A DNA stretch of 13,582 nucleotides from Promethearchaeota archaeon (GCA_048939245.1 JBHLPR010000060.1:1-13582); one strand, 5' to 3'. Shown: positions 1 to 7,130, counted from the first letter of the stretch. The notes: generated by a model from the sequence alone, not told the origin. Program-made: numbers and translations.

Positions 1-331
1 CGATGATGTCGAATTTATTTCGAATTCCACGTTCAACGCCACTGAGTACGTGGCTGGCTGTGAGAATCGGGACTTTGTTTTCTTTGAGGGTTTTTCGATG
101 TTCGGAGAGAAGTTGGTTTTGACCAGGTTGGGTGAAGCCACTCATGTGCGTAACGACGACCAGGTTCACGTTTTTCATAATTTTAAGGGCTTTTACTGCT
201 GTTGCACCAGAAGTTGTGGGAATAATGACGTGGGAGATGCCTAATTTTCTTGCACGCTGATAGGCCAGACGGAGGGTTTGGTCCGTGTTTTTTGCCCCCT
301 TTTCTTCAAAATAAGTGATAGAGACTTTCAT
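1..331 (-). CDS. Pyruvate kinase C-terminal alpha/beta-like domain protein (MTH1675/COG1751-like), runs off the window edge
   Basis: Not in the ORF track. Manual translation from ATG at 331 stays open to base 1: MKVSITYFEEKGAKNTDQTLRLAYQRARKLGISHVIIPTTSGATA...VVVTHMSGF...ILTASHVLSGVERGIRNKF. The YF..G..NT, TSG.TA, VVVTH..GF and H.LSGVER motifs fit this family. Confidence 0.85.
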   Translation of the reverse strand, partial: MKVSITYFEEKGAKNTDQTLRLAYQRARKLGISHVIIPTTSGATAVKALKIMKNVNLVVVTHMSGFTQPGQNQLLSEHRKTLKENKVPILTASHVLSGVERGIRNKFDII

Positions 332-354
332 AGTCCTTACAGGTGTTTTGCTAG

Positions 355-362
355 TTTTTATA
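355..362 (-). promoter_or_regulatory. Candidate TATA box (TATAAAAA) for a leaderless transcript of the 1..331 gene
   Basis: The minus strand reads TATAAAAA, ending about 24 nt upstream of the ATG at 331, which is typical archaeal leaderless spacing. Confidence 0.45.
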
Positions 363-581
363 GAAAACTGCGAGAAGACCCGCCCTAAAGGGCAGGGATG
401 AATCTTGGCGTTTAAATACGCCGCGGGGGAGCTAGGGATGAGCCCCCAGTCGGCGATCCGAGAACCAAGGATGCCGTGATTGGGCAACATCGCTGGAACG
501 GCGAGCTGAGCCTGTGGACCAGTGGGCATAGGCCAACGGGATGAAGCAGGAAGCCCCACTCGTTAGGGCGGGGTAGTTCAC
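362..581 (+). mobile_element. Non-autonomous IS200/IS605-family miniature element (no tnpA or tnpB)
   Basis: Left-end hairpin CCCGCCC-TAAA-GGGCAGGG (379-397) followed by ATGAAT. Right end GAAG-CCCCACTC-GTTA-GGGCGGGG-TAGT-TCAC (550-581), with the GAAG guide and TCAC cleavage motif typical of IS605-group ends. GC-rich island in an AT-rich intergenic region, no ORF. The left boundary is inferred from a TTTAT target-like motif at 357-361 and is uncertain. Confidence 0.8.
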
Positions 582-597
582 AGTTTGGATAAACCTC
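472..597 (+). ncRNA. TnpB omega-RNA (reRNA)-like scaffold plus ~16-nt flanking guide
   Basis: GCCGT...ACGGC 5' stem; GCCTGTGG...GATGAAGCAGG stem (CCTG 511-514 with CAGG 547-550); right-end hairpin 553-574; TGAA (542-545) complementary to TTCA (577-580), as in the omega-RNA pseudoknot. The guide would be AGTTTGGATAAACCTC (582-597). Confidence 0.65.
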
Positions 598-641
598 TAG
601 CCTTTTGGGGAGGGGGGACTATTTTCTGTAAGGTGCTTGAG

Positions 642-1319
642 ATGACGGAGATTCCACAAGATATTGAAGAAACTGTGGTGAACCGTTTTGAAGAGGAAAT
701 GAAGAAGCCTGTACGATTTGCTTTTTTTACCCAAGAGATGGAATGCCTCTTCTGCGCACAGACTCATCAACTCCTTGAATCAGTAGCAGGTCTCTCAGAT
801 AAAATTAGCCTCGAAGTCTATGATTTTGTTAAAGATAAAGAAAAGGCGGATGAATTAGGGATTGATAAGATACCTGCCCTAGCTATTCTAGATGACGAAG
901 ATTATGGGTTGCGGATGTTTGGAATTCCATCCGGATATGAGTTCCAGACGTTGATTGAGGGGATAGTATTGGTTTCGACTGGTGATAGCACCTTGTCTCC
1001 GAAAGCGGAAGCCGCCGTGGCAAAGGCGGCAACCAAGCCGGTGAAAATTCAAGTATTTGTAATTCCCACCTGCCCTGTGTGTCCAGTTGTTGGTGCAATG
1101 GCATTTCAGTTTGCAGTGGTAAATGCCAATATTTCTGTAGATATTGTAGAAATTGCAGAATTTCCCCATTTAGCGAATAAGTACAATGTAATTGGGACGC
1201 CTAAAGTAGTGTTAAATGAAACGGTTCAGTTTGAGGGGCTAGTTCCTCCTAAAGAGTTCTTGACCTTCATTACAAAGGCCGCTCAGGGTTCACCGACAGG
1301 CATTTCCCCTACAATCTGA
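642..1319 (+). CDS. pdo: Protein disulfide oxidoreductase (two thioredoxin folds, glutaredoxin-like domain protein)
   Basis: Two CXXC motifs (CLFC, CPVC), cis-Pro loops KIPA and GTPK, GIPSGYEF family signature. ATG at 642 is preceded by SD-like AGGTG (631-635). Confidence 0.9.
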   Translation: MTEIPQDIEETVVNRFEEEMKKPVRFAFFTQEMECLFCAQTHQLLESVAGLSDKISLEVYDFVKDKEKADELGIDKIPALAILDDEDYGLRMFGIPSGYEFQTLIEGIVLVSTGDSTLSPKAEAAVAKAATKPVKIQVFVIPTCPVCPVVGAMAFQFAVVNANISVDIVEIAEFPHLANKYNVIGTPKVVLNETVQFEGLVPPKEFLTFITKAAQGSPTGISPTI

Positions 1320-1347
1320 AGTATTTGAAGACCGTACTAGACTTCTT

Positions 1348-2358
1348 GTGGTGAATGAGATGACTGACCAACAGAAAATGTATGATTTGGCAATTATAGG
1401 TGGTGGAGTAACGGGGCTGGCTGCGGCGATGTATGCGGGCCGTATGAAATTAAAAACCATTCTAATTGGATATCCACCGGGAGGTGTGATTGCCACCACC
1501 GACTGGATTGAAAATTATCCAGGGTTTATTTCATTATCTGGAAAGGAACTAGCAGACAAAATATTAGCTCATGCAAAAGAGTATGAGGTTGAGCTAGTTT
1601 TTGATGAAGTAACAGAAGTGACTCGACAAGACCGGTGTTTTCTCGTAAGTGCAGCATTTGATGATTACGCTGCGAAGACCGTTTTGTTTGCTACCGGAAC
1701 ACGGTATCGGAAACTTCAGGTCCCTGGAGCCGAAACTTTTGAAGGGAAAGGTATCCAATTTTGTGGTTTGTGTGATGGCCCCATGTTTCAGGACCAAGTT
1801 GTAGCGGTTGTTGGCGGTGGTGATAGTGCGGCTAAGGAGGCGTTGATTCTTACCCAATGGGCGAAGCACGTTTTTGTGATTATTCGCGGAGATCGATTAA
1901 AAGCGGAACCAATTAATCTGGAACGGGTCACTAAGAGCCAGAAAATCACTTTGATATTCAATACAAATGTTACAAGTATTGAAGGGAATAATCGGGTTGA
2001 AAAAATCGTATTAGATCAACCCTTTGAGGGAAGCAAGGATTTAGCCCTGCAAGGTGTGTTCATGGCGATTGGGAGTGTTCCTTTGTCTCAATTGGCAATA
2101 GAACTTGGAGTGCAAACCAACGAGAAAGGAGAAATTCGCATCAACCGTCAAACTGAGACTAATGTTCCAGGAGTTTTTGCAGCAGGAGATGTGACTGATA
2201 CCCAGTTCAAACAAGCAATTACTGGTGTAGCTGAAGGGGTAATTGCAGCGTATCAGGCATACAAGTATGGGGGTGGGGAGTTTGTGTGTACCTGTGTGGA
2301 TACTGATTACCTTGATTGTCCACCCACTAAAGAAGATTTACGGCGCCCGCCTGATTAG
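1348..2358 (+). CDS. trxB: Low-molecular-weight thioredoxin reductase (FAD-dependent disulfide oxidoreductase)
   Basis: IIGGGVTGLAAA FAD motif, IENYPG, ATG, CGLCDG redox motif, VVGGGDSA, TNVPGVFAAGD, QAITGVAEG. Starts 28 nt after pdo. The true start may be one of the next Met codons. Confidence 0.93.
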   Translation: MVNEMTDQQKMYDLAIIGGGVTGLAAAMYAGRMKLKTILIGYPPGGVIATTDWIENYPGFISLSGKELADKILAHAKEYEVELVFDEVTEVTRQDRCFLVSAAFDDYAAKTVLFATGTRYRKLQVPGAETFEGKGIQFCGLCDGPMFQDQVVAVVGGGDSAAKEALILTQWAKHVFVIIRGDRLKAEPINLERVTKSQKITLIFNTNVTSIEGNNRVEKIVLDQPFEGSKDLALQGVFMAIGSVPLSQLAIELGVQTNEKGEIRINRQTETNVPGVFAAGDVTDTQFKQAITGVAEGVIAAYQAYKYGGGEFVCTCVDTDYLDCPPTKEDLRRPPD

Positions 2359-2379
2359 TAGAATTTTATGGTTTTCCCA

Positions 2380-3210
2380 TTATTCGGGAATAGAGTGCCA
2401 AAGGTTGGGATTCGTTTTAATATAGAGCTTCTTCTGTTCAGAGACTTTGAAACCTTCGGTTTCGAAAATATGGCGGGCTGGTTTGTTAGCTATTGACACG
2501 CGAAGCCATGCTCGAAAATGGCCCTGATCTGCGAGATGCCCCTTTGCCCATTGGGTCATTATTCGACCATAACCTTTTCCACGCATGCTGGGATGGACAC
2601 CCAGCATTCCAATGGTGGGTCCTTCTAAACTAATGACCCCAACGGTGTTGGCTTGGTCTTTTACAATGATTACTTCCATTTGCGAGAGGGTTGATTCGAG
2701 CTGGTCAGGAGGGAGCTGACGAATATTATACACCACCGTGTGAAGCAAGCGGTCCGGGGTATTGTGCATCATAGTTTCAAGATTATTCAATATAAGCGAT
2801 GTTTCATCAGGAGATGCGCGAGTAAAGGTGAGGTGAGTGTGTGGAAACGTTACATCCTGTAATGGCACGCCCATTTTGACTGTTTCATCATACACTGAAA
2901 AAGTCGCATCTTGTAGTGCTTGGATGGTTTCTTGTTTATCGGCATCGATCATGCAACTGAGGTAGGCTGCCTGTTGACTCGTAGCAATGGTTTCAGCTTC
3001 ACTTAACAAGCGAAGCACCGCGTCGGGTTCGTGGCGAAAAAGGTAGATTTGAATAAACGTTGTATTCGCTGGCTGTAGAAGTTCTCTTGGTTCCTTTGCG
3101 GCAACAATTAATCCAAGAACGGTTTGCTCTTGAACCAAGACCCAATAGGGGAACCCAGTTTGTTCGAAAATCGTCTTGAGCCCAAGAAATTGATCCGAAT
3201 AAGTTGCCAT
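2380..3210 (-). CDS. GNAT-family N-acetyltransferase (probably tandem GNAT)
   Basis: C-terminal LGVHPSMRGKGYG acetyl-CoA motif and N.PA..IF...GF; the N-terminal half looks like a degenerate GNAT. Start placed at MATYS (3210); the ORF track extends to 3258. Confidence 0.85.
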   Translation of the reverse strand: MATYSDQFLGLKTIFEQTGFPYWVLVQEQTVLGLIVAAKEPRELLQPANTTFIQIYLFRHEPDAVLRLLSEAETIATSQQAAYLSCMIDADKQETIQALQDATFSVYDETVKMGVPLQDVTFPHTHLTFTRASPDETSLILNNLETMMHNTPDRLLHTVVYNIRQLPPDQLESTLSQMEVIIVKDQANTVGVISLEGPTIGMLGVHPSMRGKGYGRIMTQWAKGHLADQGHFRAWLRVSIANKPARHIFETEGFKVSEQKKLYIKTNPNLWHSIPE

Positions 3211-3347
3211 TTCTGATTCAGTATACGCGATTAAGCGAATGATCATCACCCTCGTCATTTGAATTCCTTCAGCAACAGCACTTAAACATGGCGTTGAAAA
3301 GCTCAGCGTGAATAATTTTCAGGGGGATTCGCAGAATGTAAAAGATC

Positions 3348-4379
3348 TTAATCAGAGACCTTCGTGTCCTCAGAGAGGATAATTGGAATTGGGAGATTAC
3401 AGGATGGACAACGCCCGTCCCGAGTTAATCGCACAGAGATGGTTTGAACACCTAAGCGTTCGATGAGAAGCGCGCCACAATTTGCACAAATAGTGTTGGC
3501 TCCTTGATGTCCAGGCACATTACCTAAATAGACATATTTGAGACCAGCCCGTGTGGAGGCTGCAGCGGCGGCTTCAAGTTTCTTGATGGATGTAGGTGGG
3601 AGATTGCTCATTTTGTGATGAGGATAAAACCGTAGTATGTGGAGAGGGGTATTCTCCCCGAGTTCTTCTACAATCCATTGGGCAAGCGTTTCTGCTTCTT
3701 GAATGTCGTCACCAACGTCAGATACCAGGAGATTGGTAATTTCAATATGGATTCCCGCTGCTTTCATGGCTTTAAGGGACTCATAGATTGGATCCACAGA
3801 AGGTACGTTGCAGTATTTTTTGTAGAAAGTGGGATTGGCATTACCTTTGAAATCGACTGTTGCCGCATTAAGATATGGAGCTATTGTATCAACCGCTTCA
3901 GTCGTCATATACCCGTTGGTGACAAAGGTGTTGAAGAGCCCCTTTTCCTGTGCGATTTTCGCAGTATCGAAGGCATATTCAAAGAAAATAGTGGGTTCGG
4001 TGTACGTATAGGATACGCCGGTACAGCCTGTGTTCAAGGCGAGGTTAACAATTTTTTCTGGAGATATATTCCGTCCGATAATCTCACGTTCATGGCTAAT
4101 TTGCCAGTTTTGACAAAAAAGGCAGCGAAAATTGCACCCCACTGTGGCCACAGACATCACTAGGGAACCGGGACGGAAATGCCAGAGTGGTTTTTTCTCA
4201 ATCGGATCGGGATTTGCGGAGCAAGCTTTTCCATAGACTAGCGAGTAGAGAGTGCCGTTCTCATTTTTCCGGACTTGACAATACCCTAGCTTTCCATCAG
4301 CAATAGTGCACCGGCGACTACATAGATAGCACTCGATCTTTTTGTCCTCGAGTGTATTGTATAACATTGCTTCATGCAT
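3348..4379 (-). CDS. amrS: AmmeMemoRadiSam system radical SAM enzyme (PflA-like)
   Basis: N-terminal CYLCSRRC...GYCQVR, DPIEKKPLWHFRPGS, CNFRCLFCQNWQIS (CxxxCxxC), YTYTEP, VTNGY, YVYLGNVPG, C-terminal CxxC...CxxC. Confidence 0.93.
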   Translation of the reverse strand: MHEAMLYNTLEDKKIECYLCSRRCTIADGKLGYCQVRKNENGTLYSLVYGKACSANPDPIEKKPLWHFRPGSLVMSVATVGCNFRCLFCQNWQISHEREIIGRNISPEKIVNLALNTGCTGVSYTYTEPTIFFEYAFDTAKIAQEKGLFNTFVTNGYMTTEAVDTIAPYLNAATVDFKGNANPTFYKKYCNVPSVDPIYESLKAMKAAGIHIEITNLLVSDVGDDIQEAETLAQWIVEELGENTPLHILRFYPHHKMSNLPPTSIKKLEAAAAASTRAGLKYVYLGNVPGHQGANTICANCGALLIERLGVQTISVRLTRDGRCPSCNLPIPIILSEDTKVSD

Positions 4380-4555
4380 ATCCAGGGCCCTCTTTGGTGC
4401 TATATTTGGTTACTTTCATTTGGACTAGTAAATTATCTTAGATGTAAAACGCACTCAAAGCTTTTCCCGTCATTCCTCGAGCATGATATTCAATAAAAAG
4501 GCAAGAGCAGCAGCTTAATAAGATAGAATTGAGTTCGAGATTTTGGTGAACTAGG

Positions 4556-4816
4556 TTGGCGAGAACCTATGAACTTGGAAAATTAATCATTGAAGATCAC
4601 GAAAGTCAAACTCTTACAGGTGCTTTTGGATTAAAGGAAAATCAATTCGATGACATTGTGAATACTGCACGTGAATCTTGGAACTTTGAAGACACCGTGT
4701 CAGAAAGTGTTGAATTCATGGTTAAGAAACTGAAGAATTCAGAACTCGTCCTTGGTTTGTTAATCCTTGGTCGCATCTGGGAAGAAAATAGTATTGAAGA
4801 AGAAGACGAGAAGTAG
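4556..4816 (+). CDS. Small acidic hypothetical protein (86 aa)
   Basis: TTG start preceded by GGTGA (SD-like, 4545-4549); helical amphipathic pattern and acidic tail; followed by a pyrimidine tract; divergent from amrS. Confidence 0.75.
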   Translation: MARTYELGKLIIEDHESQTLTGAFGLKENQFDDIVNTARESWNFEDTVSESVEFMVKKLKNSELVLGLLILGRIWEENSIEEEDEK

Positions 4817-4862
4817 CTTATTCTTCTTCTCTCCTTCATCCTCTTATCTACGATTACTCACC

Positions 4863-5357
4863 GTGGAGGAGAAGCACACGTCAAATGAGGAAGCGCGGCG
4901 TTGTGAAATTTGTTTAAGACCCATTGAGCGAAAAGCGGATATTCGAATTATTCGACTGAAGGATTCAGAGTTTTTAGCACACGCATTTTGCCTGTTACGT
5001 CTACGCCGGCTTGCCTGCAAATTATACCAAACACCTTCACCGATTCCGACTTTGAACCGGGAATTAACACTGAATGAATTTCTTTTATCGAAACGCCCTC
5101 AAAATGATGCGGAGATTATATGCTGTATAGCCTCCTATCTGCACCTTACCAACCCAAAGAGGGGATTAACACCTTCGATGGTGAAAAAGGAGTTACGTTT
5201 TGCCGCTTTCAAGATCACTGATATTAAGTCTGCATTCCATGAAGCTTCTGAAAAACTTGGGTATCTTAGGAAACATGATAGCCTGCAGCAAGAAGCGTTT
5301 ATAATTACTGAAAAAGGACTCTCAATGGTTAAACGTCTTCCTGGCGTCTTTGATTGA
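4863..5357 (+). CDS. Hypothetical protein: N-terminal CxxC...HxxC zinc finger plus C-terminal winged-helix-like domain
   Basis: CEIC...HAFC ligands; C-terminal GYL...FIITEKG resembles a wHTH wing ending. GTG start at 4863 avoids overlap with the upstream gene. Confidence 0.7.
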   Translation: MEEKHTSNEEARRCEICLRPIERKADIRIIRLKDSEFLAHAFCLLRLRRLACKLYQTPSPIPTLNRELTLNEFLLSKRPQNDAEIICCIASYLHLTNPKRGLTPSMVKKELRFAAFKITDIKSAFHEASEKLGYLRKHDSLQQEAFIITEKGLSMVKRLPGVFD

Positions 5358-5360
5358 CCA

Positions 5361-5774
5361 TTACAAATCTATGCCACGGTCAATAACATTGGCGATGGCC
5401 CAGTCCTTGTCTGCCTTCACTAGATGAACAGATGTGTAGTGTATACCAACACATTGACCCATACTGAGCATCTGCCATTCTACAGTAGCGGAGGCAATCA
5501 AATTGTCTTTGTGTACGTCAATATGTTTGATGCGAGTGATTAGATAAGTCACGGTGAAGTCTGGGTTCGCCTTTTTTGATTCTTTAATCCCATGCAATTG
5601 GTTGCTAAGGATATCTTCGGTGGCGAATATATAGAGCTCGTTGTTCGAGCCAAAACCAAAACGGCGTGCTTCAGGGTGCCACACCTTCAAAAAGAGCTTC
5701 TCATCTCCCGTTTCCTGTGCCAAGAAAAATAATCGAAGTGTTTCTCGAATCCTTTCTTTTTCTTGAATCGACAT
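5361..5774 (-). CDS. NTF2/SnoaL-like (putative lumazine-binding type) protein
   Basis: IRETLRLFF.A...GD...F..VWHPEA at the start and HLVK...DWAIAN at the end are typical of the NTF2-like fold. ATG at 5774 is preceded by GGTGA. Confidence 0.8.
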   Translation of the reverse strand: MSIQEKERIRETLRLFFLAQETGDEKLFLKVWHPEARRFGFGSNNELYIFATEDILSNQLHGIKESKKANPDFTVTYLITRIKHIDVHKDNLIASATVEWQMLSMGQCVGIHYTSVHLVKADKDWAIANVIDRGIDL

Positions 5775-5902
5775 TTCACCACTTCCAGTGATGTGTATCA
5801 CACCGTCAAAGGTAAGTCTTGTGATATATGAATTCCTCGAAATCAATGACCCAATGAATAGAAACGAGAAGAACAGAAATTAATTAAGATGGTTCAGAAT
5901 CA

Positions 5903-5950
5903 CAAAAAAGAAAGAAGGAGAGGACCTCCTTGGCATAAAGAGGGCTCTCC
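5903..5950 (-). terminator. Hairpin followed by a U-rich tract (candidate terminator of the small-ORF transcript)
   Basis: GGAGAG (5917-5922) and CTCTCC (5945-5950) with inner CCTC/GAGG, followed on the minus strand by TTCTTTCTTTTTTG. Confidence 0.5.
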
Positions 5951-5980
5951 TAAGATGCCTTGACTATTACTAATCTATAT

Positions 5981-6125
5981 GCTGATCACGGGGAATAGGC
6001 TCCCGACGTCCGTTTCGCAGGCATCCGCGAATATTCAAACAAGTTCTTAGGCCTGCGAGCAACAATTAACCGTAATCGAATCCGGGGATAAATGCCCCGA
6101 TTTTGGTGACGTTGTTCTATCAGGC
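5981..6125. ncRNA. Candidate structured RNA (four-way junction), family unrecognised
   Basis: Nested inverted repeats: CTGAT 5982-5986 / ATCAG 6119-6123; GGGA 5991-5994 / TCCC 6001-6004; TCGCAGGC 6015-6022 / GCCTGCGA 6051-6058; AACAA 6061-6065 / TTGTT 6112-6116; CGGGG 6083-6087 / CCCCG 6095-6099. Confidence 0.45.
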
Positions 6126-6239
6126 TTATAGAACTCGCTCCCGAATATATGATTCAAATATGCGATTCTTGCGGTAATTTTCTTTCTCAAGGTTATTGTG
6201 AGGCTCATTGCGTTTCTCACCCTTTGATTTGGGTGTCAT
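6126..6239 (-). CDS. 37-aa charged small protein MTPKSKGEKRNEPHNNLEKENYRKNRIFESYIRERVL
   Basis: Strong archaeal SD GAGGTGAGG (6253-6245) just upstream of the ATG at 6239; divergent from the wHTH gene. Confidence 0.55.
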   Translation of the reverse strand: MTPKSKGEKRNEPHNNLEKENYRKNRIFESYIRERVL

Positions 6240-6325
6240 TGTTACCTCACCTCTTGGCGATGAATCGAGTTTCTGGCTTTGACGGTCTGTAAGATTGCAG
6301 CTGAGTGTTCCGATGCGTATAGCTT

Positions 6326-6403
6326 TGACACTTACTGTCATTTGGATGTCACGCTATGTCATTTCAGTGTAGAACCGGTATATTAATATTACTGTATGTG
6401 ACA
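6326..6403. promoter_or_regulatory. Divergent promoter with phased TGTCA/TGACA operator-like sites
   Basis: TGACA-N5-TGTCA palindrome (6326-6340), further TGTCA at 6347 and 6357, TGACA at 6399, and a palindromic AT-rich ATATTAATAT (6380-6389) usable as a TATA box on both strands. Confidence 0.55.
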
Positions 6404-6461
6404 ATAATAAACTGAAAACGCGATTAGAAAGTGTATTCATTTCAAACAGGATAGATGCATT

Positions 6462-7130
6462 ATGGGTCATCATAAAGAAGTAGAAAAGCCAAAAGATTAT
6501 GATGACTTCCTTACCGCTCGCCCAGAACCCATTATTTTCTTAACCGAGGAGCAGGAAGCCGTAGCAAAGGAACACGGTGAAATCATTAAGGCGATGGTTG
6601 GAAGGAATCTTACGGCAAAAGAAGTACATGCCTTGTATTTTAACCCAAATAAGGAAACCTACGATAAAACCATCAAGACCGTCTACCGTCACCTTGAAGT
6701 TCTTGAGAAGGCGGGCTTGGTCATGGAATGTGGCCATCGTAAGCCCCATGATAGTCGGTTAACCGAGAAATTGTTTTGCCGTACAGCTAACATCTTTGTG
6801 TTAGACCAAGGCAAACCCAAAGAGAAGTGGTGGGAAAAAGAGAAAGGAGAAAAGATCATCAAACGCCTAAGTGTTCTTATTCCAAGCCTTTTTGAGTTCG
6901 AACTCGAGAACATCTCGGAGTTCAAGGAATTAATGGCTAGATTTTTTGAACAACATGATGGAATTCGGATGGAATTATGGCGGAAAACTCCAAATAATGA
7001 GGCGCTTTCGGGCATCTTTCGTGAAGCTGACCTCTGGGAAATTAATTACCTTTCCGATTTAGTGGCAACCATTGGAGTGATGCTTCGAGATCCAGAACTC
7101 TGTGATTCGTTAAAACAGATTCTGAGTTAA
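6462..7130 (+). CDS. Winged helix-turn-helix (ArsR-like) transcriptional regulator with helical C-terminal domain
   Basis: LTAKEVH...KTIKTVYRHLEVLEKAGLVMECG...TEKLFCRTA wHTH pattern. Confidence 0.85.
   Translation: MGHHKEVEKPKDYDDFLTARPEPIIFLTEEQEAVAKEHGEIIKAMVGRNLTAKEVHALYFNPNKETYDKTIKTVYRHLEVLEKAGLVMECGHRKPHDSRLTEKLFCRTANIFVLDQGKPKEKWWEKEKGEKIIKRLSVLIPSLFEFELENISEFKELMARFFEQHDGIRMELWRKTPNNEALSGIFREADLWEINYLSDLVATIGVMLRDPELCDSLKQILS

Noticed and set aside
50-244. 64-aa plus-strand ORF
   Set aside because: Antisense to a recognisable minus-strand gene (1-331).
585-641. TTG-initiated N-terminal extension of pdo
   Set aside because: Starts in the element flank; the ATG at 642 has an SD and fits the family length.
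1317-1350. Selenocysteine read-through at the pdo TGA
   Set aside because: The TGA lies after the complete fold, a second in-frame TGA follows three codons later, and no SECIS was recognised.
3639-4163. Long antisense or alternate-frame ORFs (also 10986-11453 and 12132-12623)
   Set aside because: Shadows of better-supported genes, with no motifs of their own.
5995-6128. Hammerhead-like pieces on the minus strand (CUGAUAG...GAAAC-GGAC-GUC)
   Set aside because: The core is not CUGANGA, it is not adjacent to stem II, and stem I does not pair.
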